Source: Verrucomicrobia bacterium UBA3869 (GTDB lineage: Bacteria > Verrucomicrobiota > Verrucomicrobiia > Opitutales > UBA9783). Taken from it: a stretch of DNA of 32,000 bases. The notes under the pieces are model-generated. The model was not told the origin of the DNA. It saw only the letters and a list, made by a program, of their open reading frames with translations, and made no database searches. Numbering within the stretch: position 1 is the first letter of the stretch; the number at the start of each line of letters is the position of its first letter. Shown piece by piece: positions 18,562 to 27,183 of this stretch. The stretch is taken from contig DGGR01000006.1 in assembly GCA_002392285.1 (NCBI GenBank), positions 1 through 32,000 on the forward strand, read 5' to 3'. The translations under genes were made by a program, and so were the position numbers.

Positions 18562-19872
18562 ATGGATGTGAAAAAATGGCTCAGTCAATGGGGCGTAATT
18601 CTGGCGCTTTGTGTCAGTATTATCGTGGTTTGCTTTTTGCGTTGCTGTGGCTGGCAGAATGCGACTCTAACGCAAGATTTTGTGCAGGTATGTGAGCTCA
18701 TCGGAAAAGTTTTTATGAACGGGCTCAAGATGCTTGTTGTGCCATTGATTGCGGTTTCCCTCATCTGTGGCATGATGGGATTTGGTTCAAAATCTGAATT
18801 TAAACGCTTGGGGCTCAAAACCTTCTTGTTTTATTTTTTAAGCTGTTTTTCGGCCGTGTTGATTGGCTTGTTCTTGGTCAACGTGTTGCGTCCAGGATGC
18901 GTTGAAAAGGATTTAGCGGCTAAAATTCTAGGGCAAGCCAATGTGCTGCCTCAGCAGTTTATTCAATTGGCACACATGGATTCTTCCCGCCTATCGGACT
19001 TTTTTTTGCGCATTATTCCTTCCAACGTGATTCATGCGGCTTCGGATAATACCCAAATTTTGGGTATCATTACCTTTGCTTTGCTATTTGGTTTCTTTGT
19101 CGGGCGTTTACCGGAAGACTTACGGAAACCGCAATTGGTGTTTTGGGAAGGGATCCAGCATGTTTTGCGCGATATTACCCGCATTGTCATTGCATTTTCA
19201 CCTATCGGGGTGTTTGGGTTGGTGACTCCCATTTTGCTGCATACCGGTATCGGTGTTATCCGCCCTCTGTTGTATTTCGTTATGACAGTGTTGATCGGAT
19301 TTTTCCTGTATATGTTCGGGGTCTTGTATCTTCTGTTGCGTTTTGTTGGCAAACTAAAACCTTGGGCGCATTATAAAGCCATGTTTCCGGTTATGTTGAT
19401 GGCGTTTTCAACCTCCTCATCGGCAGCCGTTTTGCCTTTGGCGTTGGATAGAGTAGAAACAGTAGCGAAGGTATCACCGCGTATCGCACGCTTTACCTTG
19501 CCTTTGGGCATTACCATCAATATGTGTGGTACGGCGTTGTATGAATGCGTGGTGGTGCTATTCATTGCCCAGTTGTACCAAGTGACTCAGGGAATTTCTT
19601 TCGGGGTGCTCGATCAATTGATTGTGGTACTGATGGCGTTATTAACCTCCGTTGGGGTTGCAGGAATTCCAGCATCAGCTTTGATTGCTATTACCATGAT
19701 TGTCAGTTCTGTTGGCTTACCGATCGAATCAATCGGGGTTATTTGGGTGGTCGAACGTTTATTGGATATGTTCCGTACGCTGGTTAATGTCTTTAATGAT
19801 ACCTGTGGAACGGTGATTATTGCTCGAACCGAAGGCGAAACCTTGGCGTATACGACGTCTCATTCTGCTTAA
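18562..19872 (+). CDS. Dicarboxylate/amino acid:cation symporter (DAACS family, GltT/SstT-like)
   Basis: This is a polytopic membrane protein with family motifs FMNGLKMLVVPLI, SSSAAVLP, NMCGTALYE, GVAGIPASAL and DMFRTLVNVFND. Its substrate cannot be assigned by eye. Confidence 0.85.
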   Translation: MDVKKWLSQWGVILALCVSIIVVCFLRCCGWQNATLTQDFVQVCELIGKVFMNGLKMLVVPLIAVSLICGMMGFGSKSEFKRLGLKTFLFYFLSCFSAVLIGLFLVNVLRPGCVEKDLAAKILGQANVLPQQFIQLAHMDSSRLSDFFLRIIPSNVIHAASDNTQILGIITFALLFGFFVGRLPEDLRKPQLVFWEGIQHVLRDITRIVIAFSPIGVFGLVTPILLHTGIGVIRPLLYFVMTVLIGFFLYMFGVLYLLLRFVGKLKPWAHYKAMFPVMLMAFSTSSSAAVLPLALDRVETVAKVSPRIARFTLPLGITINMCGTALYECVVVLFIAQLYQVTQGISFGVLDQLIVVLMALLTSVGVAGIPASALIAITMIVSSVGLPIESIGVIWVVERLLDMFRTLVNVFNDTCGTVIIARTEGETLAYTTSHSA

Positions 19873-20792
19873 TGTACGATGGAATGACCGAACGAAAACG
19901 ATGCGTTGGGAAGGAACAATGGAGCGCATTAATCGAATCCTTCTTGGGTTATTTAGCGATTGAATGTGGTTTGTCGGCCAACACACAAGCTTCCTACCGT
20001 TATGATTTACAGCAGTTTTGTGAGCTAAACGCAGGCGTTTCGGTAGAGCGTATCACCCCAGAGCATATTGACCAATGGCAGCAAGCGTTACTGTCGATGA
20101 GTCCAACCTCTCGTGCGCGAAAACTGGCCTGTTTGCGGCGTTTTTTTACCTTTTTATCTAACAGTGGGCAGTTAAAAACGAATCCAATGGTTCAGGCGGT
20201 CGCTCCTAAATGCGCGCGTCCTTTGCCGCAAACCTTATCAGTCAATGAGGTGGAAGCCTTGCAGAAAAGCATGAGTTTGGTAAGCCCTCAAGGGATGCGC
20301 AATCGCGCCATGATTTCCTTGATGTATGGCTGTGGGTTGCGTATTTCAGAGGTATGTGGTTTAACCTTGCAGGCGCTGTTCCTTGAGGAAGATGCGCTCA
20401 AAATTTACGGTAAAGGCAGCAAGGAGCGTTGGGTCCCATTAGGGTCAGTCGCCAAAGAGCATTTGCAGTATTATTTGGTTCATGGACGTCCTAAGTTGTT
20501 GCGGCCAAAAAGCGGCAATTTTGTGTTCTTAACCCAACGCGGTACGCCGGTTTCCCGCAAAACCCTTTGGTGTTATTTAAAAGCTTATGGGCAAGCGGTC
20601 GGCTTAGGCCATTCCGTCAAACCCCATGAGTTGCGCCATACCTTTGCAACACATTTGCTGTGTAATGGAGCAGATTTACGCAGCATTCAAGCAATGCTAG
20701 GGCACAGCAATATTTCCACAACTCAAATTTATACGCACCTCAACCCAACGCAGTTGCGCGAAACCTACGACCGTTATCATACGCGCGCGTAA
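19872..20792 (+). CDS. xerD: Tyrosine recombinase XerD-like (chromosome dimer resolution)
   Basis: The N-terminal SAM-like domain reads FLGYLAIECGLSANTQASYRYDL. The catalytic region reads GLRISE..., HELRHTFATHLLCNGADLRSIQAMLGHSNISTTQIYTHL. The ATG shares one nucleotide with the upstream stop (TAATG). XerD versus XerC is a by-eye call. Confidence 0.8.
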   Translation: MYDGMTERKRCVGKEQWSALIESFLGYLAIECGLSANTQASYRYDLQQFCELNAGVSVERITPEHIDQWQQALLSMSPTSRARKLACLRRFFTFLSNSGQLKTNPMVQAVAPKCARPLPQTLSVNEVEALQKSMSLVSPQGMRNRAMISLMYGCGLRISEVCGLTLQALFLEEDALKIYGKGSKERWVPLGSVAKEHLQYYLVHGRPKLLRPKSGNFVFLTQRGTPVSRKTLWCYLKAYGQAVGLGHSVKPHELRHTFATHLLCNGADLRSIQAMLGHSNISTTQIYTHLNPTQLRETYDRYHTRA

Positions 20793-20832
20793 AGCAAGGT
20801 ACAAGATTAGGGGAGGCATTCGCAAAACACGC

Positions 20833-20861
20833 TTGACAAGGGAGGGATAGTTTGTGGAAAT
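20833..20861 (+). promoter_or_regulatory. Putative rpsT promoter
   Basis: A perfect -35 TTGACA (20833-20838) is followed by a 17-nt spacer and a poor -10 GGAAAT (20856-20861) preceded by TGT. It lies about 30 nt upstream of the rpsT ATG. Confidence 0.35.
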
Positions 20862-20891
20862 AAAACAAAAATTTTTTAGAAGCGATTATTC

Positions 20892-21155
20892 ATGCCTAAC
20901 CTTAAATCATCGAAAAAATCTGTTCGTAAGATAGCAAAATTAACGGCTAAAAATAAGGCCGAAAAGACACGGTTAAAGACCTACACGAAGTATTTAAAGG
21001 AAGCTCAGGAAGCAAAAAATTCCGATCAAATCAAAACGTTGGCCATTAAAGTGATGTCCTTAACGGATAAGGCTCGTAAACATGGGGTTTTGCATCGTAA
21101 CAAAGCCAATCGTGTAAAAAGCCGTTTGTCCGCGCTTATTTTTAAGGCTAAATAA
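20892..21155 (+). CDS. rpsT: 30S ribosomal protein S20
   Basis: This is an 87-aa, highly basic, helical protein. The start is typical of S20 (MPNLKSSKKSVRK...N...K...KT). Confidence 0.9.
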   Translation: MPNLKSSKKSVRKIAKLTAKNKAEKTRLKTYTKYLKEAQEAKNSDQIKTLAIKVMSLTDKARKHGVLHRNKANRVKSRLSALIFKAK

Positions 21156-21184
21156 GTGAGTTTTTCGGTCGATTGTTAAGAATA

Positions 21185-22255
21185 ATGAATAAGATACGCT
21201 TGCCAAGGTTTATTGCATGGGTATTGTTGGGGCTATTCCCAATGGGAGCCTTACAAGCAGCGACTATTCATGCGTTAGCAGATGCAGCAAGAGCGGAGGT
21301 CGCTGATAAAGTTAAAGAAAAGCAAGAAGTAGAAAAGGTTTTCGCAGCCGCTGAAAAACCTGCACAGCCACATCCGGTTGAGCAGGAGGTTCCTAAAGTA
21401 CCTGCAAAAGCAACCGCGCCGGTTGATTCATTTGCGATAAAAGCTGCTCAGGTTAATGATAAGGTTATTTTTTGTAATGAGGTGTATGACCGTATGAATG
21501 CTTGGAATGTGTCGTACGCTAAAGCATTGGATAGCTTGATCGAAGCACAGCTCGTTTTACAGTATTTCGAAAAGAATAAAGGAAAGATTCCTGAAGCCCA
21601 TATTGAGTTGGAAATGGAAGGAATCGAGGAGAAAAATTTCAAAGGGGATCGTAGCCGTTTGCATCAAGCGTTGAGCAGCGAAGGGAAATCCTTATACGGC
21701 GTTAAAGAAAACATCCGCAATTCCATTATTATTGATGTTGTACGCGGACAAATTATGCGCGAAGGAACTAATGCGGCTCCTAAGAAGATTCGTCGGTATT
21801 ATGATACCCATTTGGATCAATTTAAAGTTAATGCGCGCTACTGCATCCAACACAGCGGGTTTAAAGATTCTGACAGTATTCAAACGGATAACGGAGAAAT
21901 GACCAAGGGTGATTATTTCCGAAAATTATTGATGAAGAAGATGGAGCTAGCTAAGATGCAAAAGTTGTTAGATAGCTTTAAAAACAAGCCGGTTTGGTAT
22001 GATGAAACGGAACTTGATCCGGAGCTATGCAAATTACCCGTTGGTGGTCATACGCAGTATCAAAAGAGTGGCGATCTATGGGTGGTGAGTACGCTGGTAG
22101 ATAAGCAAGAAGCTTATGTAAAATCTTATACGGATGTTTATACCGAAATTGAACGTTATTTAAAGCGGCAAAATGGGCAAAAGCGTTATCGTGATTTCAT
22201 AGAACAGTTGCGCAATGACGCTTCGATTGAAATTTATCCGCAGCCTGCTCATTAA
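21185..22255 (+). CDS. Secreted SurA/PpiD-like periplasmic chaperone candidate with a degenerate or absent parvulin domain
   Basis: The start is set at the ATG at 21185, since the track start is a TTG. The signal peptide reads MNKIRLPRFIAWVLLGLFPMGALQAA. An Ala/Pro/Glu-rich linker follows. The next segment resembles a SurA N-terminal domain (AAQVNDKVI...LDSLIEAQLVLQYFEKNKGKI...EIE). The assignment is by pattern only. Confidence 0.4.
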   Translation: MNKIRLPRFIAWVLLGLFPMGALQAATIHALADAARAEVADKVKEKQEVEKVFAAAEKPAQPHPVEQEVPKVPAKATAPVDSFAIKAAQVNDKVIFCNEVYDRMNAWNVSYAKALDSLIEAQLVLQYFEKNKGKIPEAHIELEMEGIEEKNFKGDRSRLHQALSSEGKSLYGVKENIRNSIIIDVVRGQIMREGTNAAPKKIRRYYDTHLDQFKVNARYCIQHSGFKDSDSIQTDNGEMTKGDYFRKLLMKKMELAKMQKLLDSFKNKPVWYDETELDPELCKLPVGGHTQYQKSGDLWVVSTLVDKQEAYVKSYTDVYTEIERYLKRQNGQKRYRDFIEQLRNDASIEIYPQPAH

Positions 22256-22263
22256 AACACAAG

Positions 22264-22334
22264 CCCATTGTTATTTAAAATGGGATGCAGCTTTTCTCTT
22301 AACTGTTACGCCTGACCATGTACCCTGTTGGTAC
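22264..22334. terminator. Two small hairpins between the convergent SurA-like gene and ychF (possible bidirectional termination region)
   Basis: CCCATT (22264-22269) pairs with AATGGG (22279-22284) across a 9-nt loop. GTACC (22320-22324) pairs with GGTAC (22330-22334) across a 5-nt loop and abuts the ychF stop codon. The flanks are T-rich on both strands but contain no clean U-tract. Confidence 0.25.
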
Positions 22335-23444
22335 TTATTGCGTTTTATTGAATTTAAATACGGCAATATCGCCTTCTTGGAAGACGTAATCTTTGCCTTC
22401 TAAGCGAATTTTCCCTTTATCCCGTGCGCCTAAAAATCCGTTGTAGGCAATGAAGTCTTCGTAGGATAAGATTTCTGCCTTGATAAACCCTTTTTGGAAA
22501 TCGGTATGAATAATACCTGCGCATTCGGGAGCTTTCATGCCGAGTTTAAAAGTCCAAGCGTGTACTTCTTTAGGGCCTGCTGTAAAAAAAGAGGCAAGCC
22601 CCAAGAGGCGATAGGCGCTTTGAATCAATTGTTGAGCACCGCTGCTTTTTACCCCTAATTCTTTAAGGTATTGAGCGGCTTCATCGGGAGCCAGTGCCTG
22701 CAAATCTGATTCTAGCTTACCGGATATAAAACAAAGGCTATTGGGATCCTTGATGTACGCTTGCAGCTGACATACATGCGGATTGGCGTTCAAATCTTGT
22801 AAATCGGATTCAGCCACATTACCGACATATAGGGTCGGCTTTTGGGTCAGCAAACAAAAGGTTTTAATAAATTCTGTTTCTTCCGGATCTAACGGCAAAG
22901 TACGTGCAGGGTGACCCGCATTTAAATGCGCGTTTAGCTTTTTGAGTAATTCAAGCGTTTTTTTAGCCACCTTATCGTTTGATTTGGCTTTTTTCTCCCA
23001 TGAATCAAGCTGCTTTTGAATGGATTGAAGGTCGGCGAGCAAAAGTTCAGTCTGTATCACTTCAATATCCCGGACAGGATCAATGGAATCTAAGGTATGC
23101 GTTATGTTGGAGTCTTCAAAACAACGAACTACTTGAACAATCGCATGGGTTTCGCGGATATGAGCTAAGAATTTGTTCCCGAGGCCTTCTCCTTGACTGG
23201 CTCCTTTAACCAAACCTGCTATGTCCACTAATTCAATAGCAGCTGGGACGATTTTTTCGGTATGAACCAACCGCGCTAATGCTTCCAAACGGTCATCAGG
23301 AACGGTTACGGTCCCCACATTGGGTTCAATCGTACAAAATGGATAATTAGCAGCTTCTGCGTTATAACCCTTTGTGATGGCATTGAACAAAGTACTTTTC
23401 CCAACGTTCGGTAGACCAACAATCCCTACACTTAACATAATCAA
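22335..23444 (-). CDS. ychF: Ribosome-binding ATPase YchF (Obg-family GTPase-like)
   Basis: The motifs are GIVGLPNVGKSTLFNAIT, CTIEPN and DIAGLVKGASQGEGLGN. The C-terminal TGS-like part reads HAWTFKLGMKAPECAGIIHTDFQKGFIKAE. The start could instead be the third codon (ATG at 23438). Confidence 0.95.
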   Translation of the reverse strand: MIMLSVGIVGLPNVGKSTLFNAITKGYNAEAANYPFCTIEPNVGTVTVPDDRLEALARLVHTEKIVPAAIELVDIAGLVKGASQGEGLGNKFLAHIRETHAIVQVVRCFEDSNITHTLDSIDPVRDIEVIQTELLLADLQSIQKQLDSWEKKAKSNDKVAKKTLELLKKLNAHLNAGHPARTLPLDPEETEFIKTFCLLTQKPTLYVGNVAESDLQDLNANPHVCQLQAYIKDPNSLCFISGKLESDLQALAPDEAAQYLKELGVKSSGAQQLIQSAYRLLGLASFFTAGPKEVHAWTFKLGMKAPECAGIIHTDFQKGFIKAEILSYEDFIAYNGFLGARDKGKIRLEGKDYVFQEGDIAVFKFNKTQ

Positions 23445-23485
23445 CCTTAGCGTAGAGATTGCAGGGGAAAAGGAAATATAAAAAA

Positions 23486-24031
23486 TTATAATTCTAATGC
23501 TTTGTACGCTAAGGGATTTTTGTCCGGTTCATGTTCCACAATGTAAAAAACAGTGCTGTTTTGTACAGGAACAACCGTAGCTTTTTGAGGAATTTCCAGC
23601 TGTTGATCGGATATAGGATAAGTTTGGTTCGAACGCTTATCGCGTAGCGTTGCGGTAAAACGATTGGGAATCGAGGTATAGCGGTTGAGCTTGAGTATAT
23701 AACACACGCCGCTCGTTGAGCTTTTAACCTCAAGGGAATCACTATCCTTTAGGTAACGAAGCAAAGTGATATCCTTATAAGTTTCTTTAAGTGATAGCAT
23801 ACCTACCGAACCATCATCAGATTTGATAATAAATTGCGTACCTTTGACTCCCGCAATGCATCCCTGATAACGATAGGGATAATGAGCTGGCTGAAAGTCT
23901 TCTAGGACAAAGTGTTGTTGATTTTTATAGGTTTTAAGGGCGTCGAAAAGGTCGTCAGCGTGTACATGCGGATATCCTAAGACCATTAGGGCTAAAATGA
24001 AATAGCAGCGGGATCGGTTGAAGTGCATCAT
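23486..24031 (-). CDS. Hypothetical secreted protein (181 aa)
   Basis: The signal peptide reads MMHFNRSRCYFILALMVLGYPHVHA, with cleavage predicted before DD. I recognise no motif. The gene lies 4 nt downstream of the GspE-like ATPase on the same strand, and there is no competing ORF. Confidence 0.5.
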   Translation of the reverse strand: MMHFNRSRCYFILALMVLGYPHVHADDLFDALKTYKNQQHFVLEDFQPAHYPYRYQGCIAGVKGTQFIIKSDDGSVGMLSLKETYKDITLLRYLKDSDSLEVKSSTSGVCYILKLNRYTSIPNRFTATLRDKRSNQTYPISDQQLEIPQKATVVPVQNSTVFYIVEHEPDKNPLAYKALEL

Positions 24032-24035
24032 AACG

Positions 24036-25226
24036 TTAGTCGGTTGAAGTTAACTCCCACTCAAACGTGGGTTGTTGCTCAGGGGTATTAGGGTCCCAAG
24101 TTTGGTGAATTTGCAAACGAACACTGTTTTTGAATTCCCCTAAATCAATCCCCAATTCCTGGCAACGGGTTGCGGTAAGTCCTAGGTGGTTAACATGGAG
24201 CGTTGCGATTACTAGATAACCCGCCAAACTGGCGTGAAAAGCTGCTTGGGCACTTTGTTTATCACGCACCTCACCCACCATAACCACATCGGGGTCTTGC
24301 CGCAGAATGCACTTAAGCGCTTCATCAAAGGTATAACCAATCGATTCCTTTATTTCCGTTTGCACCCAATCATCCTGAATAGCTTCAATCGGGTCTTCTA
24401 CCGAGATAACCTGCTTCCCTTGCCGCGACAAAAATTGTCCCAGGGCATAGAGCGTGGTGGTTTTACCGCTACCGGTTGTTCCGGAAATGAGGATCATTCC
24501 ATTGCGCCATTGGGGTAGCGATTGGGTTAACAACTGTAATAATTCTGATGGGAGTGCTAACCGATGGAGGTCGAACGAAAAAAGCGATGGATTGAAGAGG
24601 CGAAGGTTGATAGTTTGCGAATCCGCAGTAGACAAGTAAGATACGCGGCAAAAATACGATTGGTTGTTGTTGGTATAGTGGCAATGCCCTTCCTGTTGAT
24701 TAACGCTTTCATTCGGCGTTAGGTTGCTGATGGCCAACAAACTGCGGATGTAGGTTAGCCCTTGCTTAAATTCCAACGGTTTGGGTTCAGTTAATGTACG
24801 TTGGCAGCGGAATTGTAGGGTAGCATTGGGTTGGCTTAGGTTGATGAAAATATCGGAGGCTTTTAATTGAAGAGCCTTTTGAAATAGTGGTTTAAAGGGC
24901 AAAGTTGGGGTTAGCTCTTCCGTTTGCTTTTCTAAAAAAGACGACTTTTCTGCCAAAACCCAATGGCAATCGGTTGCCCATTCGAGTGCTTGTAAATCTT
25001 GCGCCTGAATCCCTTTAGGTGCGTATAAAATATAAGTATTATCCCCAACGGATTGATAATGAAAACCCAGTTGGTTCAGCAAAAGAAACGCATCCTTAGC
25101 TTGATGGGGCTTAAGGTGAGTAAAGCTTTGTCCTAAATTATGCCGTTTTATGGCACTGAGAACATGAATTACCGCTGCCTTTAGAGCAGTTCGAACAGGA
25201 TGAGTTACCTTTGAAATCTGTTTCAT
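24036..25226 (-). CDS. Type II/IV secretion-family ATPase (short GspE/PilB/ComGA-like form)
   Basis: The Walker A motif is SGTTGSGKTTTLYA. It is followed by SVEDPIE, the Walker B/Asp box LRQDPDVVMVGEVRD and the His box ATLH. The N2-like segment reads FRCQRT...IRSLL...EGHCHYTN...FCRVSYLST...INLRLF. The C-terminal tetracysteine motif is absent. If the ATG at 25226 is used, the 5' end overlaps the FmdB-like gene by 89 nt. Confidence 0.8.
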   Translation of the reverse strand: MKQISKVTHPVRTALKAAVIHVLSAIKRHNLGQSFTHLKPHQAKDAFLLLNQLGFHYQSVGDNTYILYAPKGIQAQDLQALEWATDCHWVLAEKSSFLEKQTEELTPTLPFKPLFQKALQLKASDIFINLSQPNATLQFRCQRTLTEPKPLEFKQGLTYIRSLLAISNLTPNESVNQQEGHCHYTNNNQSYFCRVSYLSTADSQTINLRLFNPSLFSFDLHRLALPSELLQLLTQSLPQWRNGMILISGTTGSGKTTTLYALGQFLSRQGKQVISVEDPIEAIQDDWVQTEIKESIGYTFDEALKCILRQDPDVVMVGEVRDKQSAQAAFHASLAGYLVIATLHVNHLGLTATRCQELGIDLGEFKNSVRLQIHQTWDPNTPEQQPTFEWELTSTD

Positions 25227-25389
25227 AAAACCCGGTGCCTTTAAAGATAAACCCTGATCCGGTTCCCCATTGCTTTTTTAACGTTGGTTTCTTACATTTG
25301 GGGCATATCGTTTTAGGTGCCTCAGACATGGAATGATATATTTCAAACCGTTCGTTACACGCTTTACAGATATAATCGTAAGTAGGCAT
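25138..25389 (-). CDS. FmdB-family zinc-ribbon protein
   Basis: The sequence MPTYDYICKACNERFEIYHSMSEAPKTICPKCKK gives the CxxC...CxxC ribbon. FKGTGFYETDF follows. The tail is Cys/Ser-rich (SSCSNCSKGSGNSCSQC). Confidence 0.75.
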   Translation of the reverse strand: MPTYDYICKACNERFEIYHSMSEAPKTICPKCKKPTLKKQWGTGSGFIFKGTGFYETDFKGNSSCSNCSKGSGNSCSQCHKTA

Positions 25390-25452
25390 AATTCTATTAA
25401 TGCAGTACCCTTTGGCGAAGTTGCAAGTTTAAAATACCCTGAATTGCTTACA

Positions 25453-26466
25453 TTAGCTAAGAGAGGTCAAAATGGCTTGAATCCATCGTTTATGGGGACC
25501 GCTCAATGGGTATTGGTTGAGTGCTTTGATCGGAAGCCATTGAGCCTTCCATTGATGAATGAGCTTGGTTGGTAATGCGACAGATGGAGGCAGGCTATAG
25601 AGCGTTTCGGTATAGGTTGTATTACCGATGCGACGTTTCCCAGTAAAAATAGGCTGTAACTCAGGTAGTTGGGTGCGCTGATCAGGACTTAACTCAGGCA
25701 GTTCGAGTAAGGTTACCGAGGTGCGGGTTGCAATCGTAGAAGGGGCTAATAATAAGGCATTGGCGTTAAGATGCCACAAGCGGTGTTTTTGCTTTTGAAG
25801 CTCCTTTGCCTTAAGAAATTGCGGGCAAGTGCTTTGGGTATGAAGCTGAAAAGCTTGGCAATCAACGCGTAACGGGCATTGGGAGCACACAGGATGCGTT
25901 TTGGTACAAACGGTAGCACCGCATTCCATCAAAGCTTCGTTAAATACCCCCGGATGGGTTTGGTCAAAGTACCGTTGTAAATAAGGTTGTACCCAGGTTC
26001 GAGCAGTTGCTTGGCTCGTAAATACTTCTGAGTGGTTGAGCAAGCGTGCTAACACACGGATGACATTACCATCGATGGTCATGACCGGTTCGTTAAACGC
26101 AATGCTGGCAATAGCTGCAGCTGTGTAGGGTCCTATGCCGGGACAAGTCAGTAATTCCGCATAGGTCGTTACGGGTCGATGGATAAAGGTTTGCGCAAAC
26201 GCATGCAGGTGCTTTGCCCGTGTATAGTATCCGAGCCCTGACCATACAGCTAAAACGGAGGTCAAAGGGGCTTGCGCTAACGCTTGGAAGGATGGAAATT
26301 CCTGCATCCACCGTTCAAAGTAAGGCAGCATGGTTTTAATTTGGGTTTGCTGCAGCATAAATTCCGACACAACGGTTTTATAGACGGATGGATTTTGACG
26401 CCACGGCAAGCGGCGTGCGTGTTGTTTAAACCAAGCGATTAGGTTGAGCGTAGCGGGATTCTGCAT
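25453..26466 (-). CDS. mutY: A/G-specific adenine DNA glycosylase MutY
   Basis: The HhH-GPD motifs are FMLQQTQ, GLGYYTRA, PGIGPYTAAAIASIAF and DGNVIRVL. The Fe-S cluster loop reads CTKTHPVCSQCPLRVDC. A C-terminal NUDIX-like extension is present. Confidence 0.9.
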   Translation of the reverse strand: MQNPATLNLIAWFKQHARRLPWRQNPSVYKTVVSEFMLQQTQIKTMLPYFERWMQEFPSFQALAQAPLTSVLAVWSGLGYYTRAKHLHAFAQTFIHRPVTTYAELLTCPGIGPYTAAAIASIAFNEPVMTIDGNVIRVLARLLNHSEVFTSQATARTWVQPYLQRYFDQTHPGVFNEALMECGATVCTKTHPVCSQCPLRVDCQAFQLHTQSTCPQFLKAKELQKQKHRLWHLNANALLLAPSTIATRTSVTLLELPELSPDQRTQLPELQPIFTGKRRIGNTTYTETLYSLPPSVALPTKLIHQWKAQWLPIKALNQYPLSGPHKRWIQAILTSLS

Positions 26467-27162
26467 TTACCACAACATGCCGTCGAATCCATATGCATGG
26501 ACTCCTGTCGGAACTGCTTGTTGAATGTTTTGAATTGGTTTGCCTGTCTGGTAATCTACTAAGACTTCTTGTGCATTGGTACAGAATTTAGTATGGCCGT
26601 CCAAGAATACGATGATGCCGCCGCTAGTTCCATAGGGGCTGTCAGACGACCAGGTGCCATCGATCTGTAATCCTTTTGAAAACAAAATGGGGGTAGTATC
26701 CGCTGGATCATCGGATGGTATAGGGTATAAGAAGATGTAATCGCTGTGCTGGAGATTCCCTAAATCATGGCCTGCCTTATCCACAACTGCCAGATTTTTT
26801 CGGGTGCGTAGATTGGAATAATAATAGCGAATGTTGTTTAAATGATGCCGATAAGCTAGTTCGAAAATCAACGGTTTGCTGCTGGTAATAGGCTGATCAT
26901 CGGGCATACTACATGCTTCCCAAGTTTCACGATAGATAAGTGCCATTTGATGAACATTCTGTAGGTCGATGGTAATGTACGCCTTTTGCAGGATTTTGTT
27001 TCCTAGGGGGAAGAGGATCGACATCAAAATTCCTATGATAGATAGCACAATCATAAGCTCGGTAAGCGTAAATCCAAAACACTTTTGTAGCTCTTTGAAA
27101 TAGGGAATAGATACGGTAGGAGTTTTGTTGGATTGTCTTACCGTGAATTTCTTAACTATCAT
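26467..27162 (-). CDS. Prepilin-type N-terminal cleavage/methylation domain protein (pseudopilin-like, PVC style)
   Basis: The class III signal is ...QKCFG/FTLTELMIVLSIIGILMSILFP, with Glu at +5. The leader is unusually long, about 30 aa. The C-terminal ...GGIIVFLDGHTKF resembles the DG(H)-type motif common in Verrucomicrobia, Planctomycetes and Lentisphaerae prepilin-like families (from memory). The stop codon abuts the mutY ATG with no spacer. Confidence 0.8.
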   Translation of the reverse strand: MIVKKFTVRQSNKTPTVSIPYFKELQKCFGFTLTELMIVLSIIGILMSILFPLGNKILQKAYITIDLQNVHQMALIYRETWEACSMPDDQPITSSKPLIFELAYRHHLNNIRYYYSNLRTRKNLAVVDKAGHDLGNLQHSDYIFLYPIPSDDPADTTPILFSKGLQIDGTWSSDSPYGTSGGIIVFLDGHTKFCTNAQEVLVDYQTGKPIQNIQQAVPTGVHAYGFDGMLW

Positions 27163-27183
27163 GTAGAAGAAACGTTTCCCTTT

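Noticed and set aside
19872-20792. Tyrosine recombinase as a marker of an integrated mobile element
   Set aside because: The sequence pattern fits the housekeeping XerD/XerC type. The gene is coupled (TAATG) to a core transporter gene. It is not adjacent to a tRNA. No flanking repeats or phage/IS genes were seen.
27133-27183. TTG-initiated 17-codon extension of the nuclease ORF, overlapping the pilin start on the opposite strand
   Set aside because: The track start is a TTG. A proper ATG at 27184 removes the head-to-head overlap. There is no support for the extension.
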